A DNA stretch of 64,000 nucleotides from Balanoglossus misakiensis (Eukaryota > Animalia > Hemichordata), in contig CM082596.2 in NCBI GenBank assembly GCA_040954595.2, positions 6,150,791 to 6,214,790 on the forward strand, in the 5' to 3' direction. Made by a program: the position numbers and the translations under genes. A model generated the notes under the pieces. That model worked only from the letters and a program-made list of their open reading frames with translations, did no database searches and was not told the origin of the DNA. The stretch's first letter is position 1; each line of letters opens with the position of its first letter. Below are positions 38,126 to 50,800 of the stretch, piece after piece.

Positions 38126-39736
38126 ATGGCTGTGAGGCGGTTAGTACCACTGGCCTTGATTGCCGTCTTTGTACTTGTGGCGAGATCATTAGCGGCCCGT
38201 GAGATGGTCTGCGAGGAGATTACGATCCCGATGTGCCGCGGGATAGGCTACAACATGACGTACATGCCGAACCAGTTCAACCACGACACGCAAGAGGAGG
38301 CCGGACTCGAAGTCCACCAGTTTTGGCCACTGGTCGAGATCCAGTGCTCGCAGGACTTGAAATTCTTTCTGTGCAGCATCTATGCACCGATCTGCGTGAC
38401 GAACTACAAGCAGCCATTGCCGGCGTGCCGATCGGTGTGCGAGCGGGCCAAGGCCGGCTGTGCGCCGCTCATGCGGCAGTACGGCTTCGCCTGGCCCGAG
38501 CGGATGCGCTGTGACGACCTGCCCGAGTTCGGCGACGAGACCAAGCTGTGCATGGACTTCAACAGCAGCGAGGCGACCATCACGCCGACGCCACCCTCCA
38601 TGGCCGTCACGCGACGACCGAACCAAGAAGAGCGCTGCGGCTCGTGTACGTGCAAAGAGCCCATGGTGCAACTGACGGAGGAGTCGAGTTACTACGGTAA
38701 GATCGCCACCGGCGGAGTGGAGAACTGTGCTATGCCCTGCAACGGGGCATATTTCTCGCCCGACGAAAAGACTTTCGCCTCTTTTTGGATCGGGCTGTGG
38801 TGTATTCTGTGCTTCATTTCGACCTCAATGACTGTGTCAACATTTTTCATCGATATGCAGCGCTTCAAGTACCCCGAGCGCCCGATAATATTCCTCAGTG
38901 GCTGTTATCTCCTCGTGTCCGTCGGCTACATTGTTCGCCTCATCGTCGGCCACGAGGCCGTCTCCTGCACGGATAACCACATCCGCTACGAGACGACGGG
39001 ACCGGCTGTGTGTACCGTGGTGTTCCTCCTGATCTACTTCTTCGGCATGGCGAGCTCGATCTGGTGGGTCATTCTCTCGTTTACGTGGTTCCTGGCCGCG
39101 GGCATGAAATGGGGCAACGAGGCCATTGCCAGCTACTCGCAGTACTTTCACCTGGCCGCCTGGCTCATACCGTCGATTAAATCAATCGCCGTGCTGGCAA
39201 TGAGCTCCGTGGACGGCGACCCCATCACAGGTATCTGTTATGTCGGCAACCAAAACTTGGGCAATTTGCGAGGCTTCGTCCTGGCGCCATTGTTTGTATA
39301 TTTGCTGATAGGGACCTCGTTTCTTCTGGCCGGCTTTGTCTCACTGTTTCGCATTAGAAATGTCATCAAGCAAGGGGGCACGAAGACGGACAAGCTCGAA
39401 AAACTTATGATCAGAATTGGCGTGTTCTCAGTATTGTATACTGTGCCCGCCACCATTGTCATTGCATGCTATTTTTACGAACAACATTTTCGACTGAGCT
39501 GGGAACAGTCGTACAACTGCCCCTGCGCGACGGACAAAACAACACCGGACTACTCCGTGTTTATGCTAAAATATTTCATGTGCCTTGTGGTCGGGATCAC
39601 GTCGGGATTCTGGATATGGTCGGGAAAGACCCTGGAATCGTGGAAGAAGTTCTACAACCGTCTCACCGGGAAAAGTGGGAGCACGCGAATCAGCAAAGCG
39701 GGTAACCCCAAACAACTTCCATTAACTCATGTGTAA
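38126..39736 (+). CDS. fzd5/8: Frizzled-5/8 Wnt receptor, single coding exon, 536 aa
   Basis: ATG in good Kozak context (AAGATGG). N-terminal signal peptide (MAVRRLVPLALIAVFVLVARSLAA). Frizzled cysteine-rich domain (CEEITIPMCRGIGYNMTYMPNQFNHDTQEEAGLEVHQFWPLVEIQC..., the FZD5/FZD8-type sequence). Seven hydrophobic TM segments with the family motifs RFKYPERPIIFLS, AAGMKWGNEAI and KTDKLEKLMIRIG. Dishevelled-binding KTxxxW motif (KTLESW, 39626-39643). C-terminal PDZ ligand LTHV, comparable to vertebrate FZD5 LSHV and FZD8 LSQV. Intronless, like vertebrate FZD5/8. Confidence 0.97.
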   Translation: MAVRRLVPLALIAVFVLVARSLAAREMVCEEITIPMCRGIGYNMTYMPNQFNHDTQEEAGLEVHQFWPLVEIQCSQDLKFFLCSIYAPICVTNYKQPLPACRSVCERAKAGCAPLMRQYGFAWPERMRCDDLPEFGDETKLCMDFNSSEATITPTPPSMAVTRRPNQEERCGSCTCKEPMVQLTEESSYYGKIATGGVENCAMPCNGAYFSPDEKTFASFWIGLWCILCFISTSMTVSTFFIDMQRFKYPERPIIFLSGCYLLVSVGYIVRLIVGHEAVSCTDNHIRYETTGPAVCTVVFLLIYFFGMASSIWWVILSFTWFLAAGMKWGNEAIASYSQYFHLAAWLIPSIKSIAVLAMSSVDGDPITGICYVGNQNLGNLRGFVLAPLFVYLLIGTSFLLAGFVSLFRIRNVIKQGGTKTDKLEKLMIRIGVFSVLYTVPATIVIACYFYEQHFRLSWEQSYNCPCATDKTTPDYSVFMLKYFMCLVVGITSGFWIWSGKTLESWKKFYNRLTGKSGSTRISKAGNPKQLPLTHV

Positions 39737-41399
39737 TGTGTGTGTGTATGTCAACCAGACTATGTACAGGACTGCTTTAAAAAAACAACAACCCAGTTTT
39801 CTGGTTTGTGACGGAAGACCCGACTCTGCACTCTTGAGAAGAACTTGACTGTTATAGAAAAAACAGTGTGTGTAGTTAGGCCCTAGGTTGTGGACGATTC
39901 CTTGCCAATTACTCAGCGAGGACGGCCGTTGTGTGTTTGAAAAAGTGCCTCCTACAAAATGTCTGCCGTCAAAAGGACCTACCGAACGCTGTAAGTTTGC
40001 AAAAGACAATTGTCCCGTCTTCTTTCATGTACAGCTTTTAACCACATTTTTTTACCTTGGGTAAACAATGTTAGCTACGCCAGCTTAATACATTATATAT
40101 TACGGGTTGTGTACTCATAAGGCATACACTGTACAAAATTAACTTAAAAAGACTACAAAACTACGAGGGGAGTAACCCGTGTTAAATATACGCAATGATA
40201 GAAAACAATTTAGAGGGGTCAAAAGGTTAAGACAACTTCAGAAACTATTGCAGAATTGTTATCACACCTCAGAAAATACCACCATCGTTTTCTTTGTAAT
40301 ATTATCCAAATTTGCCTCCTCCATGTATAATAGTTTTATGTTACAAAGTTTTGAATTGGAAATTGTACGTTTTATTTATCTTATTGTGGGAACCCTACGC
40401 GAAATTTGAATCTCGAGGGAAAGTTATCTCTGTCAGACGCCGGTATTACTTTCCCTATATTTTTGCATAAAAAACCCAGATGCTTATATATAGACATTAT
40501 TTTAAGTTTCTAAGCTAGAAGGACGTTGTGTCAGAGACTGTTTTTCAGGTCAACAAATATTTCCCCCTTTCATTCTCCGAAGGGAAATCCATCTAGGCTT
40601 ATTAAGAAATCCGAACAAAAATTGCTTGATGTATTATGAAATCCATTATGTGCGGAATGCATTGGAAAAATATAAGAAAGCGTCTTTTTAAAAAAAAAAT
40701 TGGGACATGTTTCCGTCGCTTGTGTTACTGTTGTTAGATTGTGTGTGCTGGTTTTAATGTTTTGCTTGTGTGTGTACACACGTCTCTTTGCACGCTGGCA
40801 ACTGGTATGGCCGCATAAAAAATTCGGGGATGTGTGCGTTGTTTAGCGAGAGGGACGGAAACGCACACCACACGCTGGGGTCAGTTTCGTTCACTCGCCT
40901 CCGAGTGTCGTCGTTTAGTCCCCCTCAATTTGTCATGGGACAAATCCACCGCAAATGAGGGGAATTAGACAACATTTGCACTTCCAGAATAGACAATTAA
41001 GGCCCGGGTCATTACATTTCACAGAGCGGTTGTGTGCTTTGTCAATGGCAGCACAGAGCCCCGTCACAAAAAACAGTACTTTTTTTTCAAACCGGGCTGA
41101 ATGCCCCAAAGGAGAGGAAAGCCGTAATCCCTACAAGTTCTTTTGGCCTTTCACTGTGGCTTTTATTCTTATGTCACTAGTTCCCGCCTATCAGAACCTA
41201 ATTAGTGCAAAAGTGAGCTATTGTTGTTTTTCAAAATGTGGGAGCCTAAACCCATTGTCGTTCGGTCGAACTCTTTGCGTGTCCTGTTTACTTTTTACAT
41301 TCACTGCCAACAGTCGACCGGGCCGGGCTTTTTAGTCGCCGTTTTGCGCCGGACTCGCTTGGCTGACTTCGCTCTAGCAAAATATGTGTGTATATCTAA

Positions 41400-41800
41400 G
41401 CAGAAATGTGGTCAAATGGGCCGGATTTAGCGTCTATAGTTTAATTGTTTATCTGGTCCACGTTTTTCTAAAGAGCTTATCTCTCTACGGGCGCGACGTA
41501 ATTACAGGGGCGGAGCTTAGCTCGGTATATGAGACCCTTATGGCATCGCTGTTGTCAGTCAAAGTGGGCCGTATAGAAAGTGCACAATAGGGGTGTATTT
41601 ACATTGTCAGCAAAGCCAACACTTAGTGGCTGGTACATTATGCATGTGTCACCCCGCCCATTAATCACTTCGGTCCGCCCACCTCATTAGCCGCATTCGC
41701 TGCTTTCCAGTAATGACTCGGTAATTAATTGCCCGTTAGGCTAGAACAATAAACAAAAGAGCCTGTCGTTAGGGGGCATTGAGAAGCCAGTTGAGAATGC
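41400..41800. promoter_or_regulatory. Candidate downstream enhancer (homeodomain/Sox/MEIS cluster)
   Basis: Dense TAAT/ATTA cores (GTAATTAC, CATTAATC, CTCATTAG, GTAATTAATTG), Sox-like ACAAT/ATTGT sites and several TGTCA sites within 400 bp. Confidence 0.4.
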
Positions 41801-44800
41801 GAGACGAATTGTTTCCACCAATGTGCTCGTTTCAAATTCGGGGCTCATTCACACCCTCCCCCTCTCCGTGGATATGTTGTCTGCGCGAGCCGAGGTCTGC
41901 CTGAACGCCGGGCATTGTCAGCGCTGTACGAATTTACTTAAGAACTAAACATTGCCCAGAGCGCAATGGAATACACCGCGGATAGTAACTGGTAAACTCG
42001 TCTGTGCCTCGTAGCGAGGAGCGGTTTAGGAGTCTAAATGTTTCGACGCCTTGAGTACGGAGTGAAATCAATATCCCCTGCTTGTTGGTGGCAATTTAGA
42101 GTGAATTTTTACCCGGTTCCCAGATCCTGTGGAACGCGAGAACCACTCCGGAGGGACGAGTGGAAAGATAGAACACCCATGTCAGACTGTTTAGTCCACA
42201 TTTTGTTCAAACATAATAAAGTAAAGCTAACCTCGCTTGAAAGGACTATATTGTTGTTAGATGCCGACCATTTTCGTTCCGACGCTATTTTTTTTGCTCT
42301 GTATAGAAAGTTCGCGAGGTGGCTTTGTTAGGCAAGTATGCAGGGCGCGACAAATACTTGGCAGGAAGCTCCGTTGTTGGTGAAACTGGAGAAATGGTAG
42401 TTTGCGATGGGAAATCACAACAAAGCGAGGCAGGGAGGCGTTTTTTTTATTTGCACACAGTTTGGGGGCTGGCATCCCCCGCTATCATTCGCCTTGGATC
42501 CAAACTGGGGCGACCATGGGGAGGCTTGTTTATGAAAAGCGAAATTTGAACCGGCAGTCTAATTACACCGGCAAATATGACACGTAAACAAGGGAAAATT
42601 CCGATAAAAAAGTTGGCGTGCTTTAATTTGTCAACTTTTTTTTTCTCCAGGAGTATTTTGAAAGGCATTTTTTAGCGCTAGAGTCCTCCACCCACTTTAG
42701 TCTCAGTCGAGGAGACTCTGAACACATTTTTCCGACTCGAGTTCAGCTCGCCTGATATACACTTGAAATTTTAGCTTGAAATGCTATCCTTAAATATCTG
42801 GGAGAATTTGATAGCCGCTCGTCTCTGATGACACAGTGCTGTTATTGACACAGAAGAGTTGTATCACGCGGCGACGTCGATTGAACTCTCGGCAGCCTAA
42901 CTTGTAACATCATTAAACCATTTGTTCGGCCACTGCTTCGGCTTTGTGCGCATGCTGTGGGAACGCTTTCTTAATGAAGGCCTCAGTTTTTGTCACCGCG
43001 GGCTTCGATTTTGGCACGTACACTCAAGTCGCTCAGGAAGAATGGAGGTCATTTTCTAAATGCTTGGCTTTGTGGTATTGTATGGGCCTAACGGGAGGCA
43101 ATAGTTTGGTCAAGCAAATCCTTTCATCCAAACAAAAATTGTCACCACCCGACGTGCGCATCTGTAACAACAATCATCATTGGTTTTTGATGGGGAGAAA
43201 TAGTCATTCTGCCCAAGACCCAACCAATAGTGACCCTTCTTTCTCGGCGGATGAGATGATGCGGCCTTTTCAGCGACGTGCACAGTTGTTGGTTTCCGTC
43301 CATTGAAAAGCTGAATTCATGCATAGAAATGTCATTTCTTTAGACAGACAATCTCGCGATGTCCAAAGGCGCCTAAGCGACTCACTCTTCAAACGACAAC
43401 TATTCACGAACTACCCCCAAAAAATCACTAACGTCGGAAAAGGAGAGTTGAAACATCACGAATCACGAATGTGAACTAATTTGTGAGAAACGCACCGCCA
43501 TCATCCTCACCGCACATTCAACCGGGAGATTTTCTCGCCAATTCACAATGCAATAATGCTCCTAACGACGAAACAGAAAAGGACCATTATCAAATCAATA
43601 GTAATTAAACCTAAATTTGTTTTTGTAGATAATCTTTTTGGCTGAATAAACCGTAGCGCACTGCGAGCAGACGACACATGCTTGTCCCCCGTGATTCGCC
43701 TTCAGAACATGTCAAGCGCGGTTTGACAAATTTGTGCCAGAAGCCCTTTCATGATCATTCCATAAAACCTGTCGTCTGCTGAATGTTTTCGAAACGTTCT
43801 GTCATCCACGTTCTAATATTTCCCAGCCTCAACTCCTTAATGGGGGAGACAGGTGACAAGGTTCCATCCCGGGCTCCAGGTATTTGCTACCAATTATGAA
43901 TAATTGCCTCGAAAATTTTCCGAAAATTTGAGCAAATTTATCGAGGGTATTAGGTATTTATGTTGCAGACTGCACGGAGTCTATGTACAATGAAGCCTGA
44001 ACGATTTAACAAGCAAGTTTGGCATGAAATAATCGAAGTGATGGGTCGAATCATCCATTTCTGAAACTATAATTTCACGTCGAATTCCCCTGGACTCGCG
44101 AGATGACCTAGGTCACTCAGAATCGACAGCTACATTTTCGCTGATATATATTGCATTAACTAACGAGTTTTGTCTTCTAATGCTGGATCCTAGTGAAACT
44201 TAGCGTGCGTTTGAAATATATTATGCATGTACTTTTCACTTTTTAGCTTTTAACTTTAAGCTGTTTTGATAAGCAAAGAATTCTATCATATTTTTTCTCA
44301 CAGATGCAGCTAATTCCAATTATTTTTCATAAACTTCGATATTTAGCTTGTTTTCTCCGACCGTAGCGTTTTAAAACTATGCCTGTAGTGTCTCCGGTAA
44401 CTGATACCCTCGAGGTTGTTTTGGGGCAAAGATAAGAACGTTCTATCAAGTTAACACCTCGTTTTGTGTTTACAGAAATAATTTATACGCATTTAAAAGT
44501 CAAATTGAAAACATAAAATCCCCCTGCATTTAAACTTCGGCCAAATCGGCTTTCGTCGTTATGTTGTGACTAAAATGATTGTGTTAAACGTCAATTATTT
44601 GTGCAGACGACAGAATGTGTCGGACTTTGTAAACTACCGAACTCGTCCATTGTGGAATGTGACATCAGCTTTCTGCATGGTGAATGGTTTTTAGTTTTTT
44701 CACCTCGAGAGTTACTTTTGACAAAATAAGACCGCTAATCCGCAAGATGTTTCAGCATTAAATTCAAACGAAATGACGCATTGCTTTGGAAGAAAAAAGG

Positions 44801-47800
44801 AGAAAGGGGGATGTGATTTTTATCTTTTCATAATTGCATTCAGGCCCATCACATCAGCCAGCACAGATCTGATAATAGCACATAATTGTCGAAGGGTGGC
44901 AGCTTGCATTCACAATCAGGCAAAAAACCGGGAGATTGCGCGGGGAAAGAAACTCGGCACAATGTCGGTCTGCCCCTCCGATCTCCCCTCGAGGCCTCAA
45001 CTCTAAGCCTAGAATCTGGAAGGAGAGGGGGGCTAGACTCTCACCCCTCTTCTACTGGCTGTAGGAGAGGAGCACACGACACCCTTGCCTGGATTATTTC
45101 TAGACCACCTCAGTCCAAGCTTATCTGCTCTCACACACAAGGTGCGCGTAAACCGTGGCTTGGGGCACCACTTGGCCTTCGCGAGGAACACTGTAAATTC
45201 CCAGATTTGACCTGATAGCAAAAACAGATTTGTGCGCGGGCTAAAAAAGGCACACAAGCGGAAATAATGACATTATGCCCGGTTTTAGCATATGTACGGC
45301 ATAAATATTTTAGATCCCGCACCCTATGCATCCGAAATCAAAGGAGCACGAATAAATTGAGACGGAAAAGTTACCATGGCAATAACGATAGGTTATTTAT
45401 GGAGACTAACATTGCGTCTCTGGTGTAATAAGCCAGTCTTTATCAACCTCCCGACAACTGCCCGCTCTGCTTAATCCTTAGCTGGTGAAATCTCTCTCCC
45501 ACATTACTGCTGCCGAGATTTTTTTGTCCACACAGAAAGGCCTTGGCGTTTGTTCTTATATTAGCACTTTTTGTGTGTGCGGGGTTTGTTTTTTAATACT
45601 CGCATTTATGATTCACCCTCCCCGCGTCGATCAGACCGTGATCTCACGGCGATGTTTAGCCCCAGCCGTCGGAAACGTGACACCCAGTGTTGCAGACGGG
45701 GTCGCTGCAAGTCACCGCGTACAAGTGGCTCGCCTTTGAAAGGGATTCTATCAAGCGTTCATTTCGGGCTCCAAATTAACTTCGATTTGTGCGGGGAGAG
45801 TTGTTGTCATAATTATCTCTCCGAAACGGGTGAGAAATGGCATGGCTCTGTGATCGCGTAGAATAACAGCGCGATAAAAAAGGTGGAAAGTTGAGAGAAT
45901 ATTTTGGTGGTGTATATACGCTGGGATCTGGGTTTACCATGGTTCCCTTCCAGAAAGAAGAGTGATCAGTTTCGCGATGTTGGTTAATCCTGACGCAGCT
46001 GCCAGATAGACGTAGATTAACTCTACAACCAAACACAACGCCTAGAAGATTTATTTCCCCACGTTTTGGTTAAAGAAAAAAAAAACGCACATCCAAAGCC
46101 TCAGCGAGACTGCTATTATCAAAGTGGTTTTGCGCCGAGCATTTAAGGGTCACGGCATCTTCTGGAAGACCCTGTGGCCGATCATTCGTGACATGTTAAT
46201 TCGCCGGGTATTAGCAGAAATTTTAATTTCGGGGAAAACGATGACCCAATCAAGGCGATCCCGTTTGCGAGAGTGAAGAAAAAAGGGGAGAATTAAACAT
46301 TCCGGGCATTTTTACGCAACACTGGATGTCTTTTTACGTTTTTTTATTCTTTCTCTCGCTCTTTCCACTTTTTTTTTAATTTGTGCACATTGGTGTGTTA
46401 GTGCTTAATTTTCAATTTAGCGTTGTCAAGTCCGCTCGCTGGAGCTGCCCCTGCATTATAATCACTAGGTCGCCTTTACCTCAGAAATAGATTGGCTAAG
46501 CCCCCATAGGAGATCCAGCAAATGAATCCGCGTTTACAACGCGTCTAGCTCTCTACTGCGACGAAAATTAATTTCGAAAATTTCAGAATGGGGAGTTCCC
46601 TCCAGCTTTCATCTGTCGTTGCTGGGGAAACCCAGACGGTGTACGAGAGCTTGACTGTGACCCATGTGCTAACGGCAAGTTGAACCATATTTCTTTCGCA
46701 TCAATTTGTTGGGTTCGAGAGAGAACGAGAGAAAAAAATCCGAGAGACTGGCAGACGATTAGAATGGCAGTTATGGATTTTAGCTCCCATTTGTGGGAAT
46801 TAGCGCGCACGCTTGAATGAACTATTGGACGCAGGAACTTCTAAGCCCCCGAGCTATAGTCGTGTACCGTTCATTCACCGGAGAGAGAAGAGTCGGCAAG
46901 CTCGGGCGCAACTTGACACCGTAAGACGTTTTTGCACATTTACGCGACCATGCAATATTTATAAAGAGAAAAAAAGGGGGGATGACTTGAAAAATGCATT
47001 TTTGGCACAGACACACGCAGATGTCGACTCATCGGAATATCTTATCAACGCGCCGTTGTACACACATACATGCGCAGAAGTCTGTTCTAAAACCGAGCGA
47101 GAGTATAGATTCTTGCACAAACGGTTCGAGATTAGCGTCAATTCACACAAATTCACGTTTTATTCTTTCATGTACATTGAAACACAAGCCAAGCCATTTA
47201 GAACGAAGACCCAAACAAATTATCTACTATGCTATTTCACCGAATTACTCTCATATTTTGAATGCATCTTTGTCAGACACATGTGCCCAGTGAAGCGTGG
47301 ATTTGACGCTCGCACGCATTTGTCAGTGGAGATAACCATTACATTGAAATAACAGCGGAGCGGATTTGACTGTCACGGTCAAACACGCAGCACCCAAACA
47401 CGCAAAATGCAGGCGAGTGAGCGAACCGGTAATATTTTAATTCTTTGGAGAGAGAGGAAAAATATAACACACTATACACGAGCTGCAAATTCGCTGTATT
47501 CAGTCCGGATTCTCAAGGCGTGCTTTTTCTCTCGAATTCAGACGCAACAGTGAGTAATTATCAGCATCCACACACACAAAAAAAAGAAAAAAAAACTATT
47601 TGCGCACCGCACACAATAGCCACGTTAACAAGTCAGCTCATTTCAACAGCCTCCCCCCTCCACTCTCTCCCAGCCACGAACTCACTGATAATCATTATCT
47701 CACATTTTCAAGAAACGCTCATCAATAACCGGAGAAACATGGCGCCTGGCATATTTCAACGTAACCATGGGAGACAAGTAATGAAACGCTTCATCACGTA

Positions 47801-50800
47801 CGGAGAAACATCGCAGAGACGAGCCTGGAATAAAATCCGACGTGATGTATCCTTTCCTTGGACGACCATCTGTGAAGAAGGCGCCTTCATGTTTTTTTTT
47901 ATTTCCATTTACTAAAATTATCCATTTCATTAACAGCTGTAATTTTAAACAAGAAACATAGCCAACACAAAACAAACATGGATTGAAAGCTAAATACAGA
48001 TGTAATTTTATGTCACAGAATTGTCCACAATTCACCTAACCAATGCTAAGTAAGTAAAAATGACGTACAAAACGTCTTCTAAGATATTTTGTAACAATTC
48101 TTATCCGCCAAATTAATATCGTTTAATATGACGCTTAACTTCGATAATATATTCAAATCAAGAAAAACGTCTTTAACACGTCTGTGTCAAACAAACCAGT
48201 TAAACAAACACACAGTCCGTATTTATCGATCCTGTGCGATTGTATGAACGGGTTTATGAAATTTTCATTCAGCAAAGCATCATTTTATTCGCGATACGGT
48301 TGTTCAGACGGCCTTGTTTACTCATCGGGTCGTTATCTTATGGGTACATTAGCTAAAGTGGAACGTTACTTAGCGAGGAATTATCCTTCGATTTTTTTTC
48401 TCTCTCTCTCTCTCTTGGTGGTTTTATCACCAATCTAGAATGCACTGGAAATGCGCAACACAATAAAGATTAATTATAGATATTTTCTGTTGAAAAACGT
48501 GCAGCAAATTCAACTTTGGAATCTGGGAAGCTAGCTATCATCATTCAGATACAACGTTGGCAATTTACACCTGCCGAACTCTCTTAAAGACCGTGTCTTT
48601 GTCTGCTATTTTTACATGTTAAATAATTTGAATTGCTCAGTTATTTTTCAGCTCGGTGTATATGGCGCTGAAAGGGTTATTGGCATATATTGCCCTCTGC
48701 ATATATTACCGGTGCGATCTCTGCGGGTCTGGCCCTTGACCTGCGAAACTTATCACAGAAACTAACAACTGACGATTGACCCATTTTTGTTGTCGTATGC
48801 AAAGTGGGTTACGCAACCAAACGCGGGGACGAACGACGGTTCCGACGTGACAAGTTCCATTATACCGCGTTTGTCGAGCGCGTAATTTTATCAAAATTTG
48901 CACGCGAACGCCCGCCAGTATTTTTGCATGGCGAAGAAGTCACCGAAACCCGGTCGACTAATAGTCAGCGATACGAACTCAACTCCCCCAGTGGATTCGT
49001 ATCCCCGGCTTATTTTACCTGCTGTATTTTCAACAAGGCGACATCCCTAAAACATTTCAGCGCATCTGCATGATGCGCGTGGAAATATATCCGGCTTCAG
49101 CGGGTTGATGTGAAATATACATCTGGCGCGGAGGTGGCCTAGTGAATTCATTTGAAATGGAACACAACTGATCGCAGTGGCATCTGCATTGGATAATAGC
49201 AGACAGATAGCTTTCAAGCGAACTACACGTATTGATGATGTTACTGATGAGATACTTTTCAGAGCTGTGTTTTGAAGGGAAAAAAGGGAATTCAGCCGCG
49301 CGCTCCATTAGCGTTTTTTTTTCATCAAAAGCCGTACAGATCAATAGAATACACGGCTATTGCATATTGCCCACGATAATGCATTTCGGGCGCTCCTGAC
49401 TTGGCGAGCTCTCAAGAGCGTAGTGCTTTACCTGCTCGTATACGAAACGCAACAACCCATCAGCGAGACATGTACACGGGCGAGTGGAAATCGACAGAAG
49501 ACGCGAAATCAGCACATCTTCAGACGTCAGCGCCTAATAGTTCATTTTGCTCCGAAGCCACGGCCCCCGAGGCGATGCGGGGAAAACCGTCGACGATTGA
49601 CGGTTTCGGCGAAGTGGACACGTCTCTTTGCCACATTGTCGTGTTCATTCGTCGCAGAAAAAAAATCCCGACGCAATAAAATTGTTATAGTATTATATTA
49701 CCTCTGTTTCACAACTACACATACGGGGGATTCTTTCCGAATGGAACTGAACGCAGCCTAACAGACCGGATCGACCACAACAAACAAAGGCGAGACATAA
49801 CACAGATAAAAAACCGAGGCGGAGAATTTTTTAAATAACACCATCGATATGTGTTTGCTGGAATCGATCCCGACGCCATCTTTCCTCGGAGGCATTTTAA
49901 TTGGGCACCAGAAATGAGCGTTTTGTCCCAAACTAAATGTAATTTTTCCTGATTATCTCCGTCTTAAGTAAGTTGAACAAATCGGGGGGGGGGGGGGGGG
50001 AGTGGCACATCATATTTAGAAATTAACCACTCTTCGCTGATGACCCAGTGTGTGTTTCAACCTGGGGAAATTGACACAAATCCTGTGCCCCACGTAGAAT
50101 AACCAATCAGGTAAACGCGTATCGTGCATTTCGCTTCGCGTCGTCTCCATCTTCTTTTGAGGCGGTGTCATGGCGACAAGTTCATGGTGAATAAAGCACC
50201 CCTTCCATTCAACTGCAGTTTATTATTTTTCTCTAGAGTGAGAGAGATGCAGACGCGAGACTTTGAATACCGTTGGCTCTTTCTGGCGGCCTCGCCTCCC
50301 TTGAAAGACATATCTGCGCGGATGGTTCTGCGCATAAGCGTGTATTAGACACAATGTGATAGGTTAGTAATGAGCAATTACTAGGAAAACACGAACCGTG
50401 TGCGGAGTGCGGATCATGCGTTGGGGGGGGGGGGCCTCAAAGCCGCTTTGAAATGTTAACGTGTTTGTATTTGAACGCCAATTATGACACAGATATCTGA
50501 AATTTAATCGGTGCTACACGCATGATTAAACCGTACACGTCAAGACACAGGCAGTGTCTCGTGTTGGTCAAGTTCACTGCTCCACTCGTATATAGATTTA
50601 GGCGCCCTTTGCCTAGAGAGCGGGGAATGATATACACACAGGTAGAAATGGCCAACCGCACCACTGGAGGCCCACATGGCGCACTTATGAGGAAAACTCA
50701 AAACTCGGCCAAGAAAATCTACGTGAGAAACAGAATCCAGCCACAAGGGCTGGCGGTTTGACCACGGTTCACGACCACGCCGGCAAACAATCACCGTACT

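Noticed and set aside
38189-39705. Overlapping antisense and alternate-frame ORFs within fzd5/8
   Set aside because: Expected by-product of GC-rich codon usage in the real CDS. No recognisable domains.
46813-47915. Longest unexplained ORFs (179 aa and 156 aa)
   Set aside because: TTG starts, low-information composition and no domain features. Consistent with chance.
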